NCBI GenBank assembly: GCA_015680685.1
Contig: MNCI01003108.1
Coordinates: 310,492 to 374,491 of the forward strand
Reading direction: 5' to 3'
Length of the DNA stretch: 64,000 nt
From: Gnetum montanum
Taxonomy: Eukaryota > Plantae > Gnetophyta
Position 1 is the first letter of the stretch, and every line of letters begins with the position of its first letter. The notes below the pieces were generated by a model that was not told the origin of the DNA, did no database searches, and saw nothing but the letters and a program-made list of their open reading frames with translations. Below are positions 23,656 to 35,326 of the stretch, one piece after another. Both the position numbers and the translations under genes were made by a program.

Positions 23656-26600
23656 ATGACTTCCGCAACTACTGCTGCTAATACCTTCAACGTGGAGCTT
23701 CCCATCACAGTTCAAGGCAGCATTGGTGCCGAACAACTGTTGAACCCAATGCTGGAAACACGACGATCCCTCAGGATCCAAAACCAAGGACCTGAGGGCT
23801 TGGCCCAGCAACATGAGCGTTACAACTTCCTTTGTGTAAAGGTTCAGGCAAACCTGCCTTTGGACGTACATGAGTTTGAAAGCAAACGTAGCTTCGAGTT
23901 CGCTTACTGCGATGGGAAGGAATTTGTTCCCACTCCTGGCGCTTCCATACCTTTGACATAAACAAACCAAAGGCTTCTAGACCAACTAATTCAGTTGACT
24001 AGGCTTAGGGAGCAACAAGACATAGCATCTAACTAGGATGACGCTTTCCAAGACGGATAAGAGGAACTTGATTCCCAATCTGACAAGGGAGGTCCAACCA
24101 ACCCCATTCCTGTCGCTCCTACCCAGTCCTTCTAGGCCAACCCGTTGTCTGTCTCTGCTCCCTTTTTCATCACACCTAAGCTCCCGCAACCTACAACTAC
24201 AATTGCAATGGGTAGCCATGTTACCTTCTTGGCGTATCAATGCGTTCATTCTCCTGTTTCATTTGCAGTAACTGTGCCTTCGCAAACTGTTCATCAATCC
24301 ATTCCTGTAGCACATCACACACCAATCACGGCTACCCTACTGCATATTCATGTTGTACCTGCTTTGCAATCGTACGCAACTTCCATTTCTGTTTCTACAT
24401 TTACATCTGTTCCACCTACCACGGCGGGCTTGAGCCCGTCCATGTGGTGGACCCTATTCACTTCTTCGCCTATTCCACAACCTTCATAGATGTCTCATTA
24501 TGTTTGCCCTCAGACCTACCAAACCCTGCAAATGGTACAACCTAACACAGGGCTATGGTCTATTCTGTCGACGACACAAGTAGTCTATCTAGCGGCTCAA
24601 GCCGCAGTTGCTGCTCCAACAGCACCACCTGTCAAGTGGTGGACAGTGCAAGCAGCACCTTTCGCGGGGGCTACCCCAACGGTATTGCCAATGGATCACA
24701 TCGCCACCCCCGCCATTTCACAGGTAGGGGCTGCCTTGGCAGTTTCCCAACCACCTACACCGTTGCAGGGTTTGGATCAAGTGTTCCAGCTTATCTAGAC
24801 CCTCACTAAGGAAATCAAACGTCTCAAGGCTATCAGGTTTGACACAGTACAAGTCATGGACTTTTACCAGGATGACCCCATTAGCCCTACAATCCCTGCT
24901 CTGACACTATCCCCAGGGATGTCCCTCCCCCACTTCACGAAGTATGATGGGGAGGGGGATCCCAACGCACACCTAGTTATCTTTAGGTCTAAGTCCCTTC
25001 TGTTGCAACAATGGCAGCACACGATCATTCATGTTTTTGGCATGTCCCTAGCTAAGAGAGACTTAGATTGGTATCGCGCGTTTCCATGCTCGTCCATTTC
25101 AACTTTGGAAGAGCTTCTGACCCAGTTCGTAACGCGCTTCAAGGACAACTTGAAGTCGGAAATCACACTGGACCAATTGATGAGCATGAAGCAAGAGCCT
25201 CTCGAACCAGTCCAGAAGTTCATCCAACGATAGAGCGCAACCCTTAACAAAATCCATGAGCCCATTGTGGAGGCCCACTTGCTGGCCATCTTTAAGGATG
25301 CAGTGAATGACTTTATCAAGTTTAAACTGTACTACCTCGCCCCTCGCACTCTTAGTGAAGCCTTCGCTCAGACTAAGAGTATACAAGATGCGACCGAGGC
25401 AAGTAAAGACCTGGCCTACATTGCTTACAAAAACACCTTCACAAAGAAGGACAAGGGTAAGGCCCCAACGACCACAGTGGCCGTTGTGACAACCGAGGCC
25501 AAGCCTAGACCTAGTAACAGTGGTAACAAGAACAACAAGAAACCGATCGTACCCGTAACTAACCCTATGCCCAAGCAGGGCAACATGTCGCAACCTCTAG
25601 TACCTACACTTGAGACATCTACGCAACCTAAACCGAACTTTGAGCATAAAGATCACTCAAAGTACACCCCACTGCCTCTTAAACCTTTAGAACTTTTGAA
25701 GTAGCTATTGGCAGCAGGGCACATGCAATACAAGCAAATGTTGCAAGAAGCAATCAGTAGACATCAACGCTACTACGAGCTCTTTAGGAACCCCTCTTTG
25801 GTCTTGTCCAATGAGCCCCCAATCCCTAAGGGTTTCAGGCTGGACAGTTTTGTGACTATCACCAACAGTGTGGTCACAACACAAATTACTGTATGACATT
25901 GCAGGATGACATCCAGAGATTGATCGACTAGGGAAAATTGATGTTGGATGAAAGTAACCCAGTACGTCCCAAAAACCAATCTATGCATGTCTACACAAAC
26001 CCCCTTAACGCCAACAATGTCGGTTACGTCATCAACGCGATCAGTATTGACAGTGATCCTAGGCCACCCCAACAGCTGTTCGTGGTCCGTGTGCCTCAAC
26101 GTAGTGCACTAGCACCACGAGCGGCTAATCAAAGCTTGCAACAGCCATTCGTTCTAAGAGTCTCGGCACGGGCAACCATCTCCGTGCCACTTGTGAGCGA
26201 AACCGTGTTACTTCGCCCGCTAACATTGTTAGCTCCTTTCATTATTAGGGGGTTGACTCCTTCGACAGCCCCTACCCTGCAAAAGATAGTTGAACAACCT
26301 TCTCATCCTAAAAAATGAGAAGTATGTTTCGTGGGTGAGGCGTCGAAGGGGAATACCACCCAAGGCATTCCCAAGCCTATGTCATTGTCCCCTGCATTTA
26401 CACCCTCGTCACCAAAGATGAACGTCGCTATAACCGTGCAGTCTGTGCCACCCTGCCAAAAGGGGTCTCAACCTAGATCCGAAGTTGCCCCTGCTTGGGA
26501 AATTCATCTTCTGGGATGAGTCGAAGAAGAGGGAAGTGCCAAATAGGGGGGTGGCCAAGACCTCTTGGATGCCCTCACTTAGGTCAAGCAGGCTCTAAAA

Positions 26601-27331
26601 TAGAAAAACACTACACTGAGCTTATATGACCTAATCATGATATCTATCCCCCACCGCAAGGCTCTGATCCGCATGTTAACAGCGATTCCGATCAACGAAG
26701 ACATGCCAGTGGAAGAGGAAGCGATCCACTCAATCATGCTTCCCTTTGTACCAGTAGAGCCTGAGTCATCCCAATTGACTTTTAGCGATGACATCATAGG
26801 GAAGATCCCGAGAGGGGTCAGGTGACCATGGTGCCCCTTTTCATCACAATTCGGGTCGGCCAACATCGAATCTGAAGGGTACACGTTGATGATGGGGCTG
26901 CCACAAATGTCATCTCCTTCCCTATTGTGGATAAGTTGGGCTTGGTTGACCAGATCAAACCCACAACGATGTCGTGCCTAAGGTCGTTCAATGGGGCAAG
27001 CGTCCTAGTGAAAGGCACAGTCTACATAGACTTCGTAGCAGGGGACCAGTTCCCCACAAACGTAACATTCATCGTGGTCGAGGAAATGCCTGGGTTTAAC
27101 CTGATCTTGGGGAGATCATGGTTAGCACAACTTAGGGCTGTCTCCTCACCCATACATAAGGAAATCCACCTACCATTCGCGGGCAGGGAGGTGGTGATCC
27201 ATGGTGACGAAGTAGCAACATAAGCTATCAGTAACGTAGACATGGAGCAGGGTGCAAAGGTCGTAACCTCTGAGAATGAAGTGCCTGCTCATGCACACAT
27301 TAACCACTCAGCCGGAGAATCGGCCTAGCAG
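23656..27331 (+). pseudogene. gag-pro: Element B gag-protease, disrupted
   Basis: ATG 23656; capsid motif FTKYDGEGDPNAHL...LDWY; Tat-type knuckle CDYHQQCGHNTNYC ~25850; protease VHVDDGAATNVI ~26880 and FNLILGRSWL; several stops and frameshifts. Confidence 0.85.
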
Positions 27332-27884
27332 GTCAGTTTCCAAAATGAAAGCGTATGGGTTGAGTTGCCCTTCCAAGCGAGGGACAATGATGTGGACAAG
27401 GGCCCTGGCAAAACATCTCAGCCTTACGTTCCACTCAACGCACGGTGGGTCAAGAAGCAGCTACACATAGCGTAGCAACCCCACTACTTCCTACCTAGTT
27501 GCCATCCCTTGTATGTTCACCGCTTTTTTGCTTTGTTAACATACCATCCTTTTGACATGCTACGTTATGGCCTGAAACGACCTAAAACTAGCAATGGCCT
27601 GAAACGACCTAAAACTAGCATAAGTTTCCAGTTAGCTATTGTTCAAGTTGCTAACATATCATCTTTTTGGCATGTTATGCAATGGCCCGAAATGGCCTAA
27701 AAATAGCACATGAAAGCATGAACATTTTGCAAAATGCAGCATGTATACAATGTATAAGGTAACGCAGAACCAATTTCTATTTCAAAAAATCCTCTTTGCT
27801 TTATTCAAAACTGTTGTATTTTAAATAATGTTTGCAAAATTTGTTACAAAAAATTCAAAATTTCAAAAAAAAAATCCCATGCCA

Positions 27885-29990
27885 TCATGGGTTTTCTTTA
27901 TTCACATCATCTTCGCCTTGCGTTTTAGCATCATTTCCTTTCACATCGCCTTCCCCTGTGTTGTCTTCTGCCGATTCTTCATTCCTTCCCTCTAAGGGCC
28001 CTGCGCCCTCATCTGAAGCCTACATCATAGGAGTGAAGTAGTCAACTAGGGCAACAAACACAAATTACAATAGAGCATAAGAATTAACACGATAGTAAGC
28101 AACTAACCTGAGAAGGGCCTACGTCCGTCTCAAAGGATATCCGGTCTAAATCGAGCCCGAGGTGACGGCAGACCTCCTCTACTGTGATGTCCACCCAATG
28201 CCTATTGCTAGGTTCAGCATCTGCAGCAGCTCTCTCCGTTTCGACGGTTGTCCACCTTGGTGGTCCCAGGGAAAAGGAGATGGTTACGGTCTCTCCTGTG
28301 GGAAGGTCCACTTTCAGGTCAAGAGATTTCGTAACCTTTACCTGCTCCTTGAACTTGGCATAGGCCTTAGAAGCGTCAATGACATTTACGAATGCTTCAT
28401 ACGTAAACGCCTCCATAGTAACATCCCTGTATAATTTACGATGGGTCACATTTTCTCGTTTATACATGTGTTTATGGTTTCTTTGGGACTGCCCCCATTC
28501 GTAAACCTTGGCGTTGAAGTCTTTCAAATCTTGACACTTCTGGCAAGTCCATCTGCATCTATTGTTCTATTATTTCGTAGGTGGCTTCGATGTTCTGACG
28601 TGCGACTATCTAAAACCTGGCGTAGTTTATTACAGCTGTGTGCCAGTGCTCATTATTAGTGTCATAGGCTATGAGGAACTTGTTCCTCGACCTGAAATCC
28701 TCCATCTCGGCAACTAGGTCGGCCTCCCTTTGCTCAGCCCTTTGGACTCGTTTCCACAGGTCCTCGTTGATGCGCTTATACTCCCACAAGGAGCATGCTG
28801 AGTGCAAAACACATTTGCAAGCCTCATCATATGCGCGATGAGACACCTCGATCACTTCAGGCAGGAATGTAGGCACGACACCGACTTTCAAAGTCCGTGC
28901 CGGGTCCCATTTGAGTCGAGAGGCTGTCATGACACAAAGAGCGTAGCAATCACGTTAGCATAGAAAGAGTAGCAAACTCGAGGAATTCTAGCATAACAAC
29001 ATGAGAGCACCTGACACTACTACTTATCTGCGTTAGGGTTTGCCTGCTGCAGGCGGTTGATCATGTCGTCAACGATTCCCTGCACGAACGTAAACTTGTC
29101 AGGGATCTCGACCCATGACTCCACACGAATCGGAGAGGGTCCTGCAGCATCAGCAGGAGCGCTTGTTACATAACTAAACGTATCAGCAATGGTCAAAAAG
29201 GGGCTGTGACAAGGCAAACATATTGCTGAACTCACCAGTGTCCAATTGCAGCCTCCTTTCTTGTTGATGCAAGATAATGGTGGTAACCTTGGCAGAGGTC
29301 CCTGCCAAGTCTGTACGGACCTCTTCCTCATGCGTTGGTGCCTTTCCTTTTAGGAAACTAGTGTCTTGTTTATTCAAAGGAGGCTATTCTTTGTTAGTAG
29401 GAGGATTCTCCCTAATAACAAGAGCTCTCGCCTTAGCAACAAGGGTCCTTCCCTTCTTGACCGGGGCCCTTTCTTCCGAGACTCAGGCCTTCGTGTCTTT
29501 ATTCGTAGCCCCTATCTTAGGGGCTGACACCTCTTCATCACCTTCTTCTTCTTCTTCTTCTTCCTCTGCCAGCAAAGAAACATGTTTGCATTAGTTCAAA
29601 ACAAGTTAGCTTAAAGCAGGCACTACGCTACGCCACGCCGCCTAGCATAGCATAGCGTTGCAAAAAATAATAAAGTAAGCATTAGAAAAAAGCATTCACC
29701 AATGGGGAGCTGCGTCCTTTACAGTTTAAGCCACAGTCTCCATCCCTTCTCTTCCTCCACGCAAAGGGTCTACTCAGCCAGGGGAGGCCTCTTTCGCTGT
29801 AACTTTTTGGGCATAGTCTCGGCTATGAGACATTCCTCCCGTGACACGCTACCAGCTACAGTAGGGGACATATCTCCTATGCTATCCTTGCCACGAACAT
29901 TGCGAGCCACCTGATCCTTAGTCATCACAGAGAACGACTCCCCAATTATTGCTGGGGGATCTTAGGCTCAGGTGGTTTGGAGGATCTGGC
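27885..29990 (-). pseudogene. Antisense multi-exon accessory gene inside B's PR-RT intervening region
   Basis: Minus-strand GT-AG introns at 29699-29566, 29235-29142, 29010-28924 and 28107-28020; three join in frame and one needs a 1-nt correction. Last exon ASDEGAGPLE...VNKENP* (stop 27885-27887). Product has a poly-E tract and a coiled-coil-like segment. Confidence 0.7.
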
Positions 29991-29999
29991 GAATCCATG

Positions 30000-30360
30000 G
30001 TCTAGAAAGACCTTAAACTAGCAATCATAACATAGTTGCGCTTTTACCGGTTCGGAAAGACCTTAAACTAGCAATCGTAGCATAGTTGCGCTTTTACCGA
30101 TCTGAAAAGGCCTTAAACTAATAAACCCCAGCACAGTTGCAACTTTTGCGGTCCGGAAAGACCTTAAACTAGCATGTTTCGATCTGTTATATGTTTGTAG
30201 TCCGCAATGACACTAAACTAGAAATCTCATGTTTTCGCGTTGGTAGTTTTACATTTTCTCCTTAACAGTTTCACGTTTTCATGTTGATAGTTTACATTTT
30301 TCCTATTTTAGTAGCTCTTCATCTCCATGCCATAGCGGTTCGCCATGACTTTAAACTGGC
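30000..30360 (+). repeat. Tandem/clustered motif GTCYG-N3/4-GACCTTAAACTAGC (~49-bp period x4, plus two more copies)
   Basis: GAAAGACCTTAAACTAGCAATC repeated at ~30005, 30056, 30105, 30156; variants at ~30200 and ~30338. Confidence 0.9.
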
Positions 30361-30470
30361 AAAATGTTAATCTTTACATCAGACATCTCATCATTGTTTT
30401 GCAAGTTTTCATTATACACGATTGCTACCAATAGGTGCCTCTTAACTAGGCTTTCGTCTCGTTTTGACAG

Positions 30471-33400
30471 GTTAAGCGAAAAATGGAAATCCATCGCGAT
30501 CTCTCCATACTTTTAGCCCTAGCAGGTCCACATGGCAAGCTCACGAGACAACTGAACCCAGACTTGATCGACTGGGGGTCAACCACAGCTAGCACCATAG
30601 CGACCTTAAAAACATCCCTAGACTGGCCCAAGCATCTCGTCCAAACCCTAGATTTGGAGGTCGGGGATGTAACTGAGGATCCTCTCGTTGAGATGCCTAT
30701 GACCATGTCCACAGGGGAAGTAAGAATGTTAAAGCTTAGCTCCCTCCTAGATGCGCAAACGCACGAAAATGTAGCCAAGATTTTGTAAGACAACGTCAAA
30801 GTCTTCGCATGGTCATACAGCGACAGGCCAGGTTTGGATCCGAGGTTGATACAGCACAACATTGTCCTAGACCTGTGCATGAAGGCAGTCAAGCAGAAGG
30901 CTCGTAAAGTTAAGCTAGAAATTGTGCTAGCCGTAAGGGACAAAATCACCAAGCTATACCAAGTTGGTTTCATCTGCCTAGTTGATTATTCAGAATGGGT
31001 GTCCAACATTGTCATGGTTTCTAAGAAAACGGGAGGAATACGAATCTGTATAGACTTCTGGGATCTGAACAAAGGGACGATCAAAGATGATTTCCCACTT
31101 CCAAGCATCAATCAACTCATTGACACTATGAGTAGTCATGCTCTGTTATCCTTCATGGATGGCTTTTCTGGCTACAACCAAATTTGCATAAACCTGGAGC
31201 ATTAGTTAGCAACAACCTTCATGATCCCATGGGGTAGCTTCTGTTACATCATGATGCCTTTTGGGCTTAAGAACGCTGGAGCAACCTACCAGCGAGCCAT
31301 GACCTACATCTTCAGTGACTACATCCTAGAAATGTTAAATGACTACGTGGATGATATAGTAGTCAAGTCCAAGGAGGTAGCTGATCATCCACGCGATCTA
31401 GGGGTAGTCCTTAAATGTTGTCAAATGCATGATTTACGCCTTAATCCTAAGAAGTGTGTCTTCGGTGTGAAAACCGAATGCATGTTAGGGTTCGTAGTAT
31501 CAAAGGCTGGCATAAGGGTGGACCCTGACAAAGTCAAGGCCATCATCAACCTAGCACCTCCTAAAAACCTTAAGGAGTTACGTGGCTTGCTAGGAAGGGT
31601 ACAATTCATTCGAAAGTTTATAGCAAAGTTGATTAAGAAGTTACACCCCATGCAACATCTTTTAAAGAAAGGGGTTGACTTCGAGTGGATAACCTAGTGT
31701 CAACAAGCCTTTGATGACTTGAAGGAAGAGATTTTGCACATCCCAACGGTGCATCTGCCACAAAGGGATAAGCCTTTCTTCATCTACCTTGCCACCTCCG
31801 ACACATCCATCGCAGCACTGCTATGTCAAAAACGAGACGACAGATCTGAGATACCAGTGTACTACCCAAGTCATGCACTAATAGTGCATGAGGTGAAATA
31901 CAACGAAGTAGAGAGGCATTGCCTTGCCTTAGTATTTACGCTAAAAAAGTGGAGGCACTATCTATTTCGCAATGTAGTCAAGATCATTTGCAAAAGCAAC
32001 ATACTCCGGGCTATTACTAACAACCTGTATGAAAGCAGTAGGATAGCCCAATGGAAAGCAATAACCACGGAGTTTGACCTACACTATGTAAGCCAGTCGT
32101 CAACTAAGGGTCAAGCCATAGCAATGCAACTTACGACCTCACCCGTCGACGACCACACATCCATAGATCCCAAATTCCCAGATGAGCATGTTGGCACTAT
32201 CAACATCATTCCATTGCACCTGGAGGCTACCTTAAACTTCGACGGTGCTTCAACCTTGCGAGGAGGTAGCGTAGGTGTCGTCATTACATTTCACTTTGGG
32301 GAAATGCACCCATTTGCGTATCGTTTTGCGTTTCCTTGCACCAACAATGTGGTAGAATATGAGGGCTACTTAGAGGCCTCTTAGTTTCCCAAGCGCTATG
32401 CATACAACACTTGGTAATTTGTGGTGATTCACAACTAGTTGTGAATCAAATCACTAAGATCTATGCCTGCAAAGCTATGCACCTACAACCCTACTGTGAC
32501 CTAGGAAAAAGCATGCTTAAGAAATTTGCAACCACAGATGTGCAACACGTGCCACGCAACGAGAACACTGTGGCAAATGCCTTAGCCACCCTTGCATTAA
32601 AAAATCCACCTCACTCGTTCACAAGTCTACTGACGTCGATAGTTGAATGTACTAAGCCTATCACTCAGACGGGAGACATGGCCTCCATCAGTGCTGCAGA
32701 TACGCAGGAGTGGTACACTAACATTAAAGCCTACCTACAACACGGTGAACCTCCATGCGGACTGACAGCTCCCAGAGAGATGCAACCCGTAAGCGTGCCC
32801 GACAATATACGCTCATGGGGAATGATGCCTTGTGCTGACACTCCTATGATGGGATATTGCTAGCATGCGTGGGTAGGGAGCAGGCACAGAAGGTAGTTAA
32901 TGAAGTTGGTGAGGGGCTGTGCGGCAAACACATAGCACCTAGGGCTATGGCTGCGAAAATCAGACGCCTAAGGTACTATTGGCCTAACATGGAGCATGAC
33001 TACTTGTCAAAAGTTAAGATATGTGACACGTGCCAGAGATACGCAAATTCATACATGTCTCACCTACGGACTTGCACCCAATGCAAATCATGTGGCCTTT
33101 CCAAACGATGGGGACTAAACCTCATAGGACCTCTCACACCTAAGTCCTCTGCAAGGCATAGCTTCATTATCACCGCCACTAAGTGTTTTACTAAGTGGGT
33201 GTAAGCCATTCCCCTAAGGAAAATGACGTCTCAGCAAATCTGCCATTTCATCCTGGACAACATCGTGACAAGGTTTGAGCTTCCAATGACCATTGTAACC
33301 AACAATGGGCCACAATTTAGTAGTACAGAAACCCAAACCTTCTGCAGCAACCTAGGCATCAGACAATCATTCTCCTCCCTCTACTATCCGCAGGCGAATG

Positions 33401-33951
33401 GGCAGGCGGAGGCTACAAATAAGTCCATCATCAACTTGCTGAGGTGAATGCTTAGCAGCATCAAGAGGTGGTGGCACGAGCAGATCCTCTACGTTCTATG
33501 GGCCTACAGAACGACATGCAAAACTATGACAAGTAAGACTCCTTATAGCCTTGTTTATGGATTTGAAGCTGTGTTACCTCTTGAGTTGTAGGTACCATCA
33601 CTATGGATGATCCTCTCGGATGTCGTTAACGAAGCCTAGAACAATGAGTCGTAGACCATCGACCTCGACTCAATAGAGAAGGAGCGCGCACAAATGGTGA
33701 GACGCATAGAGCACTACCAGAGTAAGCAATAGCAAAAACATCGTGTAGATCCACATTGACGACCAGTACAGAAGGGAGACCTCCTTCTCAAGGCTGTCCG
33801 TGAGCATGTGAGCAAATTCTCAGCCAACTGGGAAGGTCCTTACATGGTCACCAAAGCCTTCAGGAATGGAGCCTTCAAGCTGGCAAATATGGATGACAAT
33901 GAGTTCGCCAACCTGGTGAATCACTCGTACCTCAAGTCGTACTACATCTGA
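30471..33951 (+). pseudogene. pol: Element B pol: RT, RNase H, additional RNase H, integrase, disrupted
   Basis: RT FMDGFSGYNQI, MPFGLKNAGATYQRAM, YVDD (~31344); RH FFIYLATSD; aRH LNFDGAS/TNNVVEYEG/GDSQLVVNQ/HVPRNEN; INT YYWPNM...CDTCQ, YPQANGQAEATNK, NWEGPY; ends TGA 33949-33951. Confidence 0.92.
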
Positions 33952-33972
33952 AGCATGGCAACATTGAGCAGC

Positions 33973-34283
33973 GTCTGCAATGACATTAAACTAGCTACAT
34001 CGAGTAGTGTCTGCAATGACGTTAAACTAGTGGCACCGAGACCGTCCGCTACGACGTTAAACTGGCAACAACATCAAGAAGCGTCTGCTACGATGATAAA
34101 TTGGTAGCAACCATCTGCTACGACGTAAAACTGACACAGCTAGTCTGCTATGACTATAAAATGACACGACATGTTCACTATGACATTAAACTAGTATGTA
34201 CGGTCTGCTGGGATCTTAAACCAACACGGCAATCCGCTGGGCCTCTAAATTAGCACATGGTCTACCAAGACCTTAAACTAGGT
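33973..34283 (+). repeat. Array of ten ~22-nt motifs (GTCYGCWAYGACRTTAAACTRG) after integrase
   Basis: Copies at ~33973, 34008, 34044, 34083, 34113, 34143, 34173, 34203, 34232, 34260; spacing ~28-39 bp. Confidence 0.9.
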
Positions 34284-35326
34284 TTGTGTCATGTCCTTAG
34301 TGTGCATCTATGTCAAGTACACATCGAACGAGCATGCATCGTGCCGACGTGTGGGTGGGACGTTGTACTCCAGAACGTAGTTCACGACGCACTGGGAACA
34401 CAATCTGGAATGCATGCAACGTCGCCACCCTTGGCATTGTGCTGACCCTCCGGACATGTCGTATGGCATCACACTGGTCCTTCGGACCTACCATCGCCAC
34501 GGCCCACCGCCTTGACGGTAGTTCCTTGGCCAGTGCCCGCAGCTCGAGTTCCAGCAGTATTGTGGCCCAGCCACAATATTGTTATCCTTCAGCCCCCTGC
34601 CAACGGCTCGACTCACTCGACATTTAGCTATGTGGTAGCTGATCCCATAGCTGAACTGAGAATGCATGCCTTTGGTAGGGATTCTAGAGTGTCCGCACTC
34701 ACAGTAACTCCCAATGTTTTTGAGGCCAGTTTCTCCACACCGGTGCTACCAAGGCCACTACTGGCCTTTCTACTTTGGACACCGTGCATCAGCACGGATG
34801 TCCAAGAGCTTCAACAACATCTGCGGTAAACAAGACCTCTGCCCTCGCTTTGCATCGTGGAAATTTCACTCTTCATCGTGCTTACAGGGTGCAGCTGGAA
34901 GCACGTCCAAGCCATAGTAGCAAGTGCTACGACATCACGAAGTGAGTGGTTCGACTAGCTTGACTAGTTCAGAGTGCAAATTCTATGACGTGCGTAAAAA
35001 CGCTTGTCGCATGGGAAGCACCTGTAGGCAGGTCAAAACCCTTCACGGATGTAATGCAACTCATTCTGCGAAGGAAACACTTGTCCTACACGAGGTCGAA
35101 GGTCAGAGTAAAGATGAAAATGTGAACAAGTACCTCATGAGCACTCTGACGAGGGACTTTGCCCTTTACTTGGAAACTAATGCAACACTCTCTAGTGCAG
35201 CCGAGTGACGTCTTGACAATCACCGAGCAGCAACGTTAGTGTCGTGTCTTCTGTGGTATTTCGTTTTCTTTGTCAATGTCTTTTGAGCCCATCCCTTAGA
35301 TGTCGACAAAGAGGGGCCAATGAAAC

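Noticed and set aside
33973-34283. Repeat-spacer pattern resembling a CRISPR array
   Set aside because: Eukaryotic retrotransposon 3' UTR; degenerate repeats, spacers only ~6-17 nt, no cas genes.
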